From contig CBDBGH010000003.1 in assembly GCA_965205265.1 (NCBI GenBank), positions 4,000,001 through 4,064,000 on the forward strand: DNA of 64,000 nt, given 5' to 3'. Every line of letters begins with the position of its first letter. The stretch's first letter is position 1. Positions 9,366 to 19,394 of the stretch are shown one piece after another. This DNA comes from Alphaproteobacteria bacterium (lineage in GTDB: Bacteria; Pseudomonadota; Alphaproteobacteria; Bin95). The position numbers were made by a program, and so were the translations under genes. The notes below the pieces were generated by a model. It was not told where the DNA came from and did no database searches. It saw only the letters and a program-made list of their open reading frames with translations.

Positions 9366-12104
9366 CTACGCCCCGCCTTCCCCCACAAAGCCACCGACGA
9401 TCCGGCATGCCTCCGCCAGCCCAACGCGCTCCAGCGCGACGCCTTCCGGGAAGGCGCCGGCGAGGCGCGACGGCATCCTCGGGTCGAGCAGCACGAAGAC
9501 GCCCTTGTCGTCGCGGCGGCGGACGAGGCGGCCGAAAGCCTGCCTGAGCCGGAGCCGGGTCAGCATGTCGTCATAGCCGGCGCCGAAATGCGCGCGTCTG
9601 GCCTTGTGCAGGACGGTCGGGCGGGGCCAGGGCACGCGGTCGAACGCGATCAGGCGCAGCGCCCGGCCCGGCACGTCCACCCCGTCGCGCACGGCGTCCG
9701 TGCCGAGCAGGCAGGAATCGGGCTCGGCGCGGAAGATGTCGATCAGGGTCGCGACATCCATCCGGTCCACATGCTGGGCGATGAGCGGGATGCCCGCCGC
9801 GTCCAGCGGTTCCGCCAGAAGCCCGTGCACGGCGCGCAGCCGCGCAACGGCGGTGAACAGGCCGAGCGCGCCGCCGCCCGCCGCCAGGAACAGGCTGCGG
9901 CAGGCCGACGCCACCTGTGCGGCCGAGTCCCGGCGCACATCTGTCACCACCAGCGCGCGCGTCTGGGCCGGATAGTCGAAGGGGGAGGGCGCGGCGGCGC
10001 GTATGGCCGGCGCTGCCAGATGCTGCGCGCCGGTGCGCATCTCCGCCGCCTGCCAGGCCTCCTCCGGCTCGCGCGCGCTGTCGCGCAAGGTCGCGGAGGT
10101 GACGAGCAGCCCGTGGGCGGGCTCCGCCACCTCGGCGGCGAAGGGGGCCGTCGGGTCGATCCAGCGCCGGTGCATGCCGACATCGCGCTCGCGGCCCTGT
10201 GCGCGCTCCAGCCCGAACCAGTCCACGAAGGCGTCCGGCGGCTCGGCGTCGAGCGCCTCCAGCATGGCGGCCCAGGCCGCAAGCTGGGTTTCGGCGCGGC
10301 GGTGGAGGCTGCGCGCCAGCGCCTCGATGCGGATGCGCTCGCGGCTCTCGAGCTCTTCGGCCTCGTCCGCCAGCCGGGCCAGCAGCGCGCGGCGCAGCAC
10401 CCCGAGCGGCTTGCGCAGCGCTTCGAGGGCAATGCCGAGAGCGCGGGCGGCCTCGATCAGCCCCTCGACCGGAGGTCGGCACTCGCATTCGAGGCCGTAG
10501 GCGCCGTTTGCGCGCCCGGGCGCCCGCGCCAGCACCTGCCGGCGGACGATGGCGAGGAAGCGCTCCACCGCCCCCTGCGGCGCATCCCCGGCGAGGCGGC
10601 CGAGCCAGCCCTCCGCCGGGAGCACGGTCGCCGCCCGGCCGGCTTCGGCGAGTGCGTCGGCCGCCTCGCCCCCGGCCGGCACGAGGTCCTCGGCGCGGCG
10701 CTTCAGCCCTCTTGCGCGCGAACCGCCGCCCTCCGCCCCCAGCAGCCAGCGGCGCAGCTCCGCCGTCTCCAGCCCGGAAAGCTCGGCCGAGAAGGCGCTG
10801 TCGGCCGCGTCGAACAGGTGGTGGCCCTCGTCGAACACATAGCGCGTCGGCAGCCAGGCATCGTCGAGCCCGCCCAGCGCCGCCTGCACCATGACGAGCG
10901 CATGGTTGGCGATGACGAGGTCCGCCCGGCGCGCGCGCCTGATGCCGCGCTCGATGAAGCAGCGCTGGTAGTGGCCGCAGGCGGAATAGAGGCATTCGCC
11001 CCGCCGGTCGCCGAGCCCGCGTATGCGCGCCGCGCCTTCGAGGTCCGGCAGCCAGGAGGGGAAGTCGCCGCCGGTCATGTCGCCGTCGCGGGTCGCGTCC
11101 GCCCAGCGCGCGGCGAGCGCGAGCGGCACGGTCTCGTTCGGCGTGAGGCGCGCCGTCCGCACGGCTTCCTCCAGGTTGAGCAGGCAGAGATAGTTCTCCC
11201 GGCCCTTGCGCAGCACGACCCGGCGGCGCTTGGCGGCCGGGTCGGGGATCAGCCGGTCGAGCTCGCCGTCGATCTGGTGCTGGAGGTTGCGGGTATAGGT
11301 AGATATCCAGACGGGCGCCTCGTTCGCCTCCGCCCAGAGGCTCGCCGGAGCGAGATAGCCGAGCGTCTTGCCGACCCCGGTGCCGGCCTCGGCCACCACC
11401 ATATGCGGCGCGCCGGCCCGCTCTCGCGGCTGGAAAGCGCCCGCGGCGGCCGAGGCGTAGTCCGCCTGGCCCGGCCGGTCCTCGGCGTCCGGACCCAGCA
11501 TGTCCGCGAGCCGGCGGCGGGCCTCTTCGGGCTCGACCGGGCGGTTGGAGGGCTGCGGCTCCGGCGCGAATTCGGCCCAGAGCGGCAGCCGGTCCCAGAC
11601 CGCGAAGCCGGCCCCGCCGGCCGGGCGCGGCGCCGATACGCCGAGCGCCGCCAGCACGAACGGCCCCCAGAGCCAGCCCGCCTCCGCCGCATCGCTCGCA
11701 AGGTCGGCCGCAGTACCGCCCGGGTCCTCCATGCGGGCGAGCTCGGCGAGCAGCGCGCGCGCCGCGCCGAACAGCGTCTCCGCCGCGCGCTCCAGGGTCG
11801 CCGGGCGGGGCAGGCCGGCGGCGTCGGCAAGCCCGTTCGGCGTCGGCAGGCAGAACTCGGCCGGGCGCACGAAGGCGAACAGCTCCAGCAGGTCGTAGGA
11901 ACGGAACGGCCGCGCCTCCGTGTCCAGCCGCCGGGAGGTCGCCGGCCCGTGAACGGCAAGCGGCGGGCGGCCCCGCGCGCGCACCGCCGCCTCGACGGGC
12001 GCGAGCCTCTCCGGCGCGCCCTCCGGCTCCAGCCAGACGGCCCGCGCCGGGCTCGCCACCAGGGCGGGCGCGCGCGGCATGACGATGCTTCTCTCCGACG
12101 CCAT
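9366..12104 (-). CDS. DinG/YoaA-family ATP-dependent DNA helicase
   Basis: EAGTGVGKT, KGRENYLC, Fe-S cysteines (ECLYSAC...RC), DEGH, QAFGRLVR; start 12104 or 12080. Confidence 0.92.
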   Translation of the reverse strand: MASERSIVMPRAPALVASPARAVWLEPEGAPERLAPVEAAVRARGRPPLAVHGPATSRRLDTEARPFRSYDLLELFAFVRPAEFCLPTPNGLADAAGLPRPATLERAAETLFGAARALLAELARMEDPGGTAADLASDAAEAGWLWGPFVLAALGVSAPRPAGGAGFAVWDRLPLWAEFAPEPQPSNRPVEPEEARRRLADMLGPDAEDRPGQADYASAAAGAFQPRERAGAPHMVVAEAGTGVGKTLGYLAPASLWAEANEAPVWISTYTRNLQHQIDGELDRLIPDPAAKRRRVVLRKGRENYLCLLNLEEAVRTARLTPNETVPLALAARWADATRDGDMTGGDFPSWLPDLEGAARIRGLGDRRGECLYSACGHYQRCFIERGIRRARRADLVIANHALVMVQAALGGLDDAWLPTRYVFDEGHHLFDAADSAFSAELSGLETAELRRWLLGAEGGGSRARGLKRRAEDLVPAGGEAADALAEAGRAATVLPAEGWLGRLAGDAPQGAVERFLAIVRRQVLARAPGRANGAYGLECECRPPVEGLIEAARALGIALEALRKPLGVLRRALLARLADEAEELESRERIRIEALARSLHRRAETQLAAWAAMLEALDAEPPDAFVDWFGLERAQGRERDVGMHRRWIDPTAPFAAEVAEPAHGLLVTSATLRDSAREPEEAWQAAEMRTGAQHLAAPAIRAAAPSPFDYPAQTRALVVTDVRRDSAAQVASACRSLFLAAGGGALGLFTAVARLRAVHGLLAEPLDAAGIPLIAQHVDRMDVATLIDIFRAEPDSCLLGTDAVRDGVDVPGRALRLIAFDRVPWPRPTVLHKARRAHFGAGYDDMLTRLRLRQAFGRLVRRRDDKGVFVLLDPRMPSRLAGAFPEGVALERVGLAEACRIVGGFVGEGGA

Positions 12105-12281
12105 GCCGGGTTTGTAGAGCGGTTCCGCGAAAGAGCGAAACGGGTTCGGTATCCAGGTACGGCTCAGCAGCCCGGGGCGGCGTGGCAGCCCGCTTGAGAT
12201 ATGCCCGGGATAGTTTGTAAAGCCTCGTTGTTCTCTGCCAAATTGCAGGCGCGCTGGAATGGCGGCGACCGGAGGAGATTC

Positions 12282-12753
12282 ATGCGTTTCACGGCAGCAG
12301 CGGCGCTTCTGTTTCTTGCTGCGTGTGTCACCATCGAAGACCCGCCCCGGCCTGCTACCGTGACCGCTCTTCTCAAGACAGATACCGATAGCGGCATTCC
12401 TCGACGCAAGCTGAGCCGCGAGAGAACGAACAAAACAGATCAGCATGGAAATCATCAACGAAGGGGCCCCCACTCTTCTTTCGCGACTTCTCCCTACGGT
12501 CGAATCCTGCGAAACTGAAATCGAAGTGACCACGCGCGATGAACTGAACCGCCGAGACCGGCGCTACAAATCGCCCACCGAAGTCGAGGCGATAGTCCGA
12601 TCGCGCCGGAACCCCAACCTGCTACAACCGAAAGACCTTCCATACCGCCAGAAACCGGGACTCAGCGCCGACCTCAAAGCACTGATGGAGCGCAACAGAC
12701 TGATAGACCTCGAACGACGCAAACAGCGCACCCGGCGCACGACAGAGACATAA
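12282..12753 (+). pseudogene. Putative frameshifted lipoprotein
   Basis: RBS GGAGGAG, lipobox LAAC; frame appears to continue into ORF 12445-12753 after the AACAAAAC run; lower GC than flanks. Confidence 0.4.
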
Positions 12754-13248
12754 AATGGGCCCTCGTCGCGAAGGCTGTCGGTGTCGATCCGCCGGCCGGT
12801 CCGGTGCGGTTCGTACATCCTTCCGAGGTTTTCGTCATCGGAAAGAAGGCGCCAGAGGACGGCCGGGACGTAGAGAAGGCAGTTTCGATCCTGAATGCGG
12901 TTCTGCCGCTGTCACATCGCATCCATTTCGACCGAACAGCGTCCAAAGGCGCAGAACCGGGCGCGCCTCGCGAGGGCGTTGTGCTTGTCGGCTTCCTTCC
13001 ACGGGAGGAGTGGTCTCCTGAATTACAGAAACGCCCCCTTCTCGCGCCGGGTCCGGATTCCGTCGGACTCGCACTGCCCTTCCAGCCGCTCGGCAAGCCC
13101 ATTCATCGCATCGAGGGCGGCATCATACTGGCCGATTCCGCTCATATCAGAGGCAATCCAGGGACGTGCGGAACGTCGTTGGCCTGCTTTGCAGCCGGGC
13201 CGGCAACCTGTAGGTTGCGCCCGCCCCCGCTCCGGAGCCGCCTGTCCC

Positions 13249-14820
13249 ATGTCCGTCGAAGCTGCAAGCTCTGCCCGCGCCTGGCCGTTCGAGGAAGCGC
13301 GCAAGCTGCTGGCGCGGCTGGACGGACACGCGCCGGACAAGGGCTATGCGCTGTTCGAGACCGGCTACGGCCCCTCCGGCCTGCCGCATATCGGCACCTT
13401 CGGCGAGGTGGCGCGCACGGCCATGGTGCGCCGCGCCTTTGCGGAGCTCTCGGATATCCCGACGCGGCTGTTCGCCTTCTCGGACGACATGGACGGCCTG
13501 CGCCGCGTGCCGGACAATGTGCCGAACGCCGGGGCGCTGGAAGTCCATCTCGGCAAGCCGCTGACCTCGGTGCCGGACCCCTTCGGAACGCATGAGAACT
13601 TCGGCGCGCACAACAATGCCCGGCTCCGCGCCTTCCTCGACCGTTTCGGCTTCGACTACGAATTCGTGAGCGCGACCGAATGCTACCGCTCCGGCCGGTT
13701 CGACGAGGCGCTGCTCGGCGTGCTCAGGGCTTATGAGAAGGTGATGGAAATCGTGCTGCCGACCTTGGGGCCGGAGCGCCGGGAGACCTACAGTCCCTTC
13801 CTGCCGGTATGCCCGGAAACGGGCGTCGTGCTGCAGGTGCCCATCCTCCACCGCGACCCGGACGCGGGCACCGTCGTCTATGAGGACGGGAACGGCCGGC
13901 GGGTCGAGCAGCCGGTCACGGGCGGGCAGTGCAAGCTGCAATGGAAGGCCGACTGGGCGATGCGCTGGCGCGCGCTCGACGTGGACTACGAGATGGCGGG
14001 CAAGGACCTGATCGATTCTGTCCGCCTCTCCGGGCGCATCTGCCGCGCGCTCGGCGGCCGGCCGCCGGAGGGCTTCATCTACGAGCTTTTCCTCGACGAA
14101 CGCGGCGAGAAGATCTCCAAGTCCCGGGGCAACGGCCTCTCCATCGAGGAATGGCTGACCTATGCGCCGGAGGAGAGCCTGGCGCTCTTCATGTTCCAGA
14201 AGCCGAAGGCGGCGAAGCGGCTCTATTTCGACGTCATCCCGCGCGCCGTGGACGATTACCGCGCTTTCCTGGAGCGCGCCGCCGGCGAGGCAGAAGACAA
14301 GCGGCTGGAAAACCCGGCCTGGCATATCCACGGCGGCGCCCCGCCGGCCCCGGAGGAGGGCATTTCCTTCTCGCTGCTGCTCAACCTGGCGGCGGCCAGC
14401 GATGCGCGGGACAAAGACGCGCTCTGGGGCTTCATCTCGCGCTACGACCCGGAGGCCTCGCCGGAGACGCGGCCCGAGCTGGACCGGCTGGCGGACTTCG
14501 CCATTGCCTATTGCCGCGATTTCGTGGCCCCCGAGAAGGTCTGGCGCGACCCGGACGCAAAGGAAGCGGCGGCGCTGGCGGAGCTCGCCGACCGGCTGGC
14601 GGCGCTCCCGCGCGATGCCGACGGCGAGACCGTGCAGGCGGAAGTCTATGCGGTCGGCAAGGCACACGGTTTCGAGCCGCTGCGGGCCTGGTTCGCCGCC
14701 CTCTACGAAGTCCTGCTCGGGCGCAAGCAGGGGCCGCGCTTCGGCTCCTTCGCCGCGCTTTACGGGCTGGCCGAGACCGAGACGATGATCCGCAGCGCGC
14801 TCGCCCGGAACGCCGCGTGA
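13249..14820 (+). CDS. lysS: Class I lysyl-tRNA synthetase
   Basis: [40 protein letters not shown]. Confidence 0.95.
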   Translation: MSVEAASSARAWPFEEARKLLARLDGHAPDKGYALFETGYGPSGLPHIGTFGEVARTAMVRRAFAELSDIPTRLFAFSDDMDGLRRVPDNVPNAGALEVHLGKPLTSVPDPFGTHENFGAHNNARLRAFLDRFGFDYEFVSATECYRSGRFDEALLGVLRAYEKVMEIVLPTLGPERRETYSPFLPVCPETGVVLQVPILHRDPDAGTVVYEDGNGRRVEQPVTGGQCKLQWKADWAMRWRALDVDYEMAGKDLIDSVRLSGRICRALGGRPPEGFIYELFLDERGEKISKSRGNGLSIEEWLTYAPEESLALFMFQKPKAAKRLYFDVIPRAVDDYRAFLERAAGEAEDKRLENPAWHIHGGAPPAPEEGISFSLLLNLAAASDARDKDALWGFISRYDPEASPETRPELDRLADFAIAYCRDFVAPEKVWRDPDAKEAAALAELADRLAALPRDADGETVQAEVYAVGKAHGFEPLRAWFAALYEVLLGRKQGPRFGSFAALYGLAETETMIRSALARNAA

Positions 14821-15701
14821 CACCCGCTCTGCCGGCGGGTTTCCGCATCGGTGCGGGCCCGCGCATCCCGCTCGGCAGGGGCCATGCGGTCTCGCGCGGC
14901 TGGACGAAGGCGACCGGCGGGCGGCCGATGGGCGTCACCTGGCACTGGACGGCGACGCGCGACCTCGCGGCCTGCGACCGGCTGCTCGGCGGCGCGGCGC
15001 CCGAACGCAAGGGGCAGGCCTCGGCGCATTACGCCGTCGGGCGCAGCTTCGCCGAGGGCGTGTCGCGCTATGTCTCGCTCTCCGACCGCTCCTGGCATGC
15101 GGGCGTCGAGCAGAAATTGCGCTGGGACGGCCGGCCCTCGACGACCCGCACCAAGGGCGCGCGCGCCTGCATCGGCGTCGAGACGGTGAATATCGGCTAT
15201 GCGCGCGAGGGCGTGCCGGCGGGCCCCGACTGGATCGAGGCCGCGACGCCGGACGGGCGCCATGTGTACCGGGTCCAGCCCTGGACGGAGGAGCAGATCG
15301 CCATGATGGCGGCGGTGGGCCGGGAGATCGCCGCCCGCTGGCCGGGGATCGGACCGCGCGACCATCACGGCCATCACGACCTCTGCCCCGCATACAAGCA
15401 GGACGTGCTGGGCTTCCCCTTCGCCCGCCTGCTGCGCGCCATCTACGGCGACCCGGACATTCCGGATGTGTGGTCGGAGGTCTGGATGCCGGAGGGCCGC
15501 CAGCGCGCGCTCGCCCGGCTCGGTTTCGCGCCGGGCCCCGTGGACGGCGTCTGGGGCCCGCGCTCCGACGCCGCGCTCCGCGCCCTGCAAGCCGCCGCCG
15601 GCCTCGTGGTCAACGGCTGGTGGACCACATGGGTCTGCTGGGCCGTCCATGACATGGGAGCGGGCGGCCGAGCGGCGGTCAGTCCCCCACGAGCGGTGTG
15701 A
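14817..15701 (+). CDS. N-acetylmuramoyl-L-alanine amidase (Amidase_2) with C-terminal peptidoglycan-binding domain
   Basis: HWTA, ASAHY, SWHAG, IGVETVN, GHHDL; [22 protein letters not shown]-binding motif; GTGA overlap with lysS. Confidence 0.85.
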   Translation: MTPALPAGFRIGAGPRIPLGRGHAVSRGWTKATGGRPMGVTWHWTATRDLAACDRLLGGAAPERKGQASAHYAVGRSFAEGVSRYVSLSDRSWHAGVEQKLRWDGRPSTTRTKGARACIGVETVNIGYAREGVPAGPDWIEAATPDGRHVYRVQPWTEEQIAMMAAVGREIAARWPGIGPRDHHGHHDLCPAYKQDVLGFPFARLLRAIYGDPDIPDVWSEVWMPEGRQRALARLGFAPGPVDGVWGPRSDAALRALQAAAGLVVNGWWTTWVCWAVHDMGAGGRAAVSPPRAV

Positions 15702-16428
15702 AATCGCCGCCGGTCATCGGTTCGTGCGTTTCCCAGCGCCCGTTCATCTCGACCAAGATGCGCTGGTTCGCCGGGTCGGGCGGTCTGTTGACCCGTACGA
15801 TCCTCGCCCTGTATTCGCCCGAAGACTCGGCCATCGCCGCAGCCAAGTCCCGAATCAGGTAACGCGGAGCCCAGCCGATCATGTGGTACTCGGCTGTCTG
15901 AATCTGGATAGCGAGCCGTCCTACCGGATTGTTCAGCTCAAGCGCGATCTGTAGCTCCTCGTCAGCCTCGAGGCTGTCGATACGACGGCGCGCCGCCTCG
16001 GATACGTATCGCCAGCCATGGACGAAGAAGCGGCATGAGAACCGGCCGTCGAGGCCTTTGTCGAGCTTTGGGAAAACCTCATAGCGGTCCGTGGCCCGTT
16101 GTCCGCCGCTGACGGAAAGCAGCTCTACCGGGTCGGCGGATTTGTCCAATGCGAGCATGCGAACATAGTCGGGAAAATCGGGCCGCCGCGGCGACATGAC
16201 ACGGTTCCGGAAGGTGGGGAAGAGATCGTCGCCGCGATAATCGCCCTCAATATCGGGAAACTCGGCGGCCAACGGCCAGGCGGCTTCTTCCTGCGCCCGC
16301 CGTGCGCCCTCGATATACCGGAACCGGTAGCTGGGAGCGTCGGTGTCCGCATCCAGACGGCCGACCGGAAACCAGCGCCGGGTCTCGCCGGCGTCTTGCC
16401 ATGCCAAAAAGAGGGTTCTCTCGCTCAT
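15679..16428 (-). CDS. HIRAN-domain protein with HipA-N/HipS-like N-terminus (putative antitoxin)
   Basis: VGRLD..YRFRY, LFPTFRNRV, GGQRATDRYE; C-terminal FFVHGWRY...LELNNP..AIQI...IGWAPRY HIRAN pattern. Confidence 0.75.
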   Translation of the reverse strand: MSERTLFLAWQDAGETRRWFPVGRLDADTDAPSYRFRYIEGARRAQEEAAWPLAAEFPDIEGDYRGDDLFPTFRNRVMSPRRPDFPDYVRMLALDKSADPVELLSVSGGQRATDRYEVFPKLDKGLDGRFSCRFFVHGWRYVSEAARRRIDSLEADEELQIALELNNPVGRLAIQIQTAEYHMIGWAPRYLIRDLAAAMAESSGEYRARIVRVNRPPDPANQRILVEMNGRWETHEPMTGGDFTPLVGD

Positions 16429-17321
16429 CGGACAAGTTTCCTCAGTTCGTCGAGATTGTAACCCATAAGCGCGACGGCGAAATCCCGGGCGGTTCGTGAC
16501 ATCCAGCCGTCGGGAATGCGACTGACAATCCGTTGGACGTCATCGGCGCTCGTTTCGGCCGCCCTCTTCAGCGCCGGCGCAAACAGGGTCGGGCGGTCCC
16601 CGACACAGCGACGAACCAGCGCAAGAGGGCTCGGCGCGCGCTTGTCGGTGTGCGACGAGTAGATGCCCCCGCGTCCCCTTTCCGAATAGTCCCCGAAGCG
16701 GTCTTCCTTCAGCAGACGCAGCCGCCTTTCGTCCGAAAGCTCCCGCCCCAAGGAAGAGGCGTGATCGAAGGATGGAGCCAGGTAGCCCAGATAGCTCTGC
16801 CCGACGCGCCTGACGAGGATCCCCCAATTTTCGTGATGCCGGTCGGTATTCCCGATAATGGCGTCCAGAACCAGATATCCTGCGAAATCCCGGCTTGCCC
16901 GCGAAGCTGCTGTCGCTCCAACGAAAATGCGTTCCAATGTCTGCAGTATATTGCCAAGCGTGTGCTGCGACTGCCCGAACCTTTGTTCTTGATCGTAGCC
17001 GGAGACCGTTTTTGCAAGCAATTCGTTGCCATGGCGCAGTTCTCGCCGGTTGCGGGCAAAGGTTTCCGTTGCCGAACCCCGTTCCCCGTCAAGCTCCGCC
17101 AGTTCGACCCTGCCATGGGACACATTCAAAAGTGCCGCGATCTCCGCTGCAATCTTTTCCGACCAGTGTTCTCCGGTATCCTTGCGAGGAAACTTGAACA
17201 ACCACCGATGGTTGTCTTCGGGCATCCGGTACCAGAATTTGACTTTCGTGCCCATCGCCTCGCTGTCCAGCTTCCACCCGGCATCGACTGTTACGACAGG
17301 ATAGGGACAGGAAGACGACAT
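16425..17321 (-). CDS. HipA/CtkA-like Ser/Thr kinase
   Basis: GTKVKFW, WLFKF, EHWSEKIA, LDAIIGNTDRHHENWG, LAPSFDHASSLG; ATGA-coupled to the HIRAN gene. Confidence 0.85.
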   Translation of the reverse strand: MSSSCPYPVVTVDAGWKLDSEAMGTKVKFWYRMPEDNHRWLFKFPRKDTGEHWSEKIAAEIAALLNVSHGRVELAELDGERGSATETFARNRRELRHGNELLAKTVSGYDQEQRFGQSQHTLGNILQTLERIFVGATAASRASRDFAGYLVLDAIIGNTDRHHENWGILVRRVGQSYLGYLAPSFDHASSLGRELSDERRLRLLKEDRFGDYSERGRGGIYSSHTDKRAPSPLALVRRCVGDRPTLFAPALKRAAETSADDVQRIVSRIPDGWMSRTARDFAVALMGYNLDELRKLVR

Positions 17322-17348
17322 GCTGCGGTTCAGGCTTTGCGATAGCTT

Positions 17349-18032
17349 TCAGAACGGGACGCCGAGGGCTTCGGAGAGGAAACGGACGAAGGGGCCGCCT
17401 GAGCGCGCGATGCCGGCGAAGCGGTCGAGGAAATCCGGTTCGACGGCTTCCGCCTCCGAAATCTCGGCCCGGGCGATGAAGTCCTTGCGCTTCAGGTCCC
17501 CGATAAGCGGATGGCCGACGTCGTAGCCGCGCGGCGGGCGCTTGAGGGACTCGCCCATCAGCGCGAAGGTCTCGCCGAAGGAGGTGCCGGTGACCCGCCT
17601 CCACAGCCGGGGCTTGCCGGCTATGGCCTCGCGGATGGCGCCCACCGCCTCGCCGCCGGGACGCCAGATGCCGCAGCCCGCGAAGCAGCGGCCGGGCTCC
17701 AGATGCAGGTAGAAGCCGGGCGCATGCGCGTCCCTGCCGGCCACATGGCGGAAATGCGCGCCGACATTGGTCTTGTAGGGCGTCTTGTCGCGCGAGAAGC
17801 GCGTGTCGCGGTAGATGCGGAACAGCGAGCCTCCGTTCGCCCTCGGATCGGCGCGGAAATGCGGGCTGATCTCCGCCAGCGGCTCGCCGAAGGCGGCGAT
17901 GAAGTCCAGCATCGGGTCGCGGACTTGCCCGATATAGCGCTCCCGGTTCGCCTCGAACCACGCCCGGTCGTTGTTCTCCTTCAACTCGCGCAGGAAGTCG
18001 AACAGCGCGGGCGGAATCGCGGGTGCCGTCAC
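17349..18032 (-). CDS. DUF2461 family protein
   Basis: FLRELKENNDRAWF, FRIYRDTRFSRDKTPYKT, LKRPPRGY. Confidence 0.92.
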   Translation of the reverse strand: MTAPAIPPALFDFLRELKENNDRAWFEANRERYIGQVRDPMLDFIAAFGEPLAEISPHFRADPRANGGSLFRIYRDTRFSRDKTPYKTNVGAHFRHVAGRDAHAPGFYLHLEPGRCFAGCGIWRPGGEAVGAIREAIAGKPRLWRRVTGTSFGETFALMGESLKRPPRGYDVGHPLIGDLKRKDFIARAEISEAEAVEPDFLDRFAGIARSGGPFVRFLSEALGVPF

Positions 18033-18048
18033 CGTTGCGCCCCCGCCC

Positions 18049-18969
18049 CTACCCGTCCGCCTTGAGCACGGCGTCGATGGCGGCCTTGTCCACCTCGATC
18101 TCGACGCCGGCGCGCTCCTGCTGGAGGAGGAGGAAGGCGCGCGAGTCGCGGTCGCCCCAGCCGCGGCCGAGCGCCTCGCTCATCTCGGCGCGGGTCATGT
18201 CGATGAGCCGCATCGGCACGCCCATGTCGCGGCCGAGTTCGGCCGCGAGCGAGATGTCCTTGTGCGCGAGCCGGAGCGCGAAGTCCGGCGGGTCGTAGTC
18301 ATTGGGCAGGAAATGGTCGGCCAGGCTGTCGAAGCCGCGCTGGCGGCCGCGCACGCCCTGGCGGATCGCCTCCCAGAGCGCGAGCGGCTCCACCCCGGCC
18401 TTGACACCGACGGTGAACATCTCGACCACCGCGGCCTGCATCGCATAGGCGGAGGCATTGTGGACGAGCTTGGTGACCGCGCCCGCGCCGAGCGGGCCGA
18501 CATGGCGCACCTGGTCGCCCATCGCGTCGAGGGGCGCGCGGTTCGCCTCGAACACCGCCTTGTCGCCGCCGACCAGCACGGCGAGCTTGCCCGACTGCGC
18601 GCCGCGCGGGCCTCCGCTCACCGGCGCGTCGAACAGCTCCGCGCCGATCTCCGCGAAGGCCGGATGCAGGCGGCGGATCGTCACCGGGGAGTTGGTGGTG
18701 AGATCGAACCAGACCTTGCCCTTGGCGAAGCCTGCCAGAAGCTCCGGCGCGACCGCCTCCACCTCGGGCGGGCCGGGCAGCGAGGTCAGCACCACGTCCG
18801 AGGCTTCGGCGACTGCGCGCGCGCTTTCTGCCCATGCAGCCCCGGCCGCTTCCAATGCGCTCGCCGCCTGGCGGTTCAGGTCGTGGACGGTCATCTCGAA
18901 ACCCGCCTTGCGGATATTGAGCGCCATGGGCCCGCCCATGGTGCCGAGGCCGATAAATCCGATATGCAC
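18049..18969 (-). CDS. 3-hydroxyisobutyrate dehydrogenase-family NAD(P) oxidoreductase
   Basis: IGFIGLGTMGGPMA, DAPVSGG, KLVHN, FALRLAHKD. Confidence 0.9.
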   Translation of the reverse strand: MHIGFIGLGTMGGPMALNIRKAGFEMTVHDLNRQAASALEAAGAAWAESARAVAEASDVVLTSLPGPPEVEAVAPELLAGFAKGKVWFDLTTNSPVTIRRLHPAFAEIGAELFDAPVSGGPRGAQSGKLAVLVGGDKAVFEANRAPLDAMGDQVRHVGPLGAGAVTKLVHNASAYAMQAAVVEMFTVGVKAGVEPLALWEAIRQGVRGRQRGFDSLADHFLPNDYDPPDFALRLAHKDISLAAELGRDMGVPMRLIDMTRAEMSEALGRGWGDRDSRAFLLLQQERAGVEIEVDKAAIDAVLKADG

Positions 18970-19038
18970 GGTTTCCCCTCCCGTCGGGCGGCCCCACCGG
19001 CCGGCCTGTCTCAATGCGGCCGTCGGCGGCCGCCGGTC

Positions 19039-19386
19039 TCAATCGTGGTCGCTGCGGTGCAGGATAGAGCCGGCGATGCCGGTTTCGTAGTCCCTGCCGG
19101 CGACCGTCAGCACGGTGCGCCCGCCGGCTTGGCGCACCAGCCCCCGCCGGGTCAACGCAACGAATACGGAGCGGTTGGCGAGCCCAGTGGTGTCGCGCGC
19201 GAACACGACATAGGGCCCGAGATGGAAGTGGTTGCCATGGGCGGGCGGCATGGAGGCGATCGCGGTTTCGCCTTCCTCGGGCCCGGGCGTCGCGTAACGC
19301 GGCAGTTCGGCGAGCGCCTGCAACAGCGCGAGCGTCTTGCATTGCAGGCGGTTGAGCTTGAGCGGATTGGGGCGGGCTGCGGACAT
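19039..19386 (-). CDS. Conserved alphaproteobacterial hypothetical protein
   Basis: NPLKLNRLQCKTL...HGNHFHLG...ILHRSDH; host-like codon usage, in operon. Confidence 0.7.
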   Translation of the reverse strand: MSAARPNPLKLNRLQCKTLALLQALAELPRYATPGPEEGETAIASMPPAHGNHFHLGPYVVFARDTTGLANRSVFVALTRRGLVRQAGGRTVLTVAGRDYETGIAGSILHRSDHD

Positions 19387-19394
19387 GGGCTGTC

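Noticed and set aside
9588-12197. Long opposite-strand ORFs (869 aa here; also 60581-63265, 33730-36009 and others)
   Set aside because: Shadow ORFs of well-supported genes in high-GC DNA, Arg/Ala/Pro-rich and without motifs.
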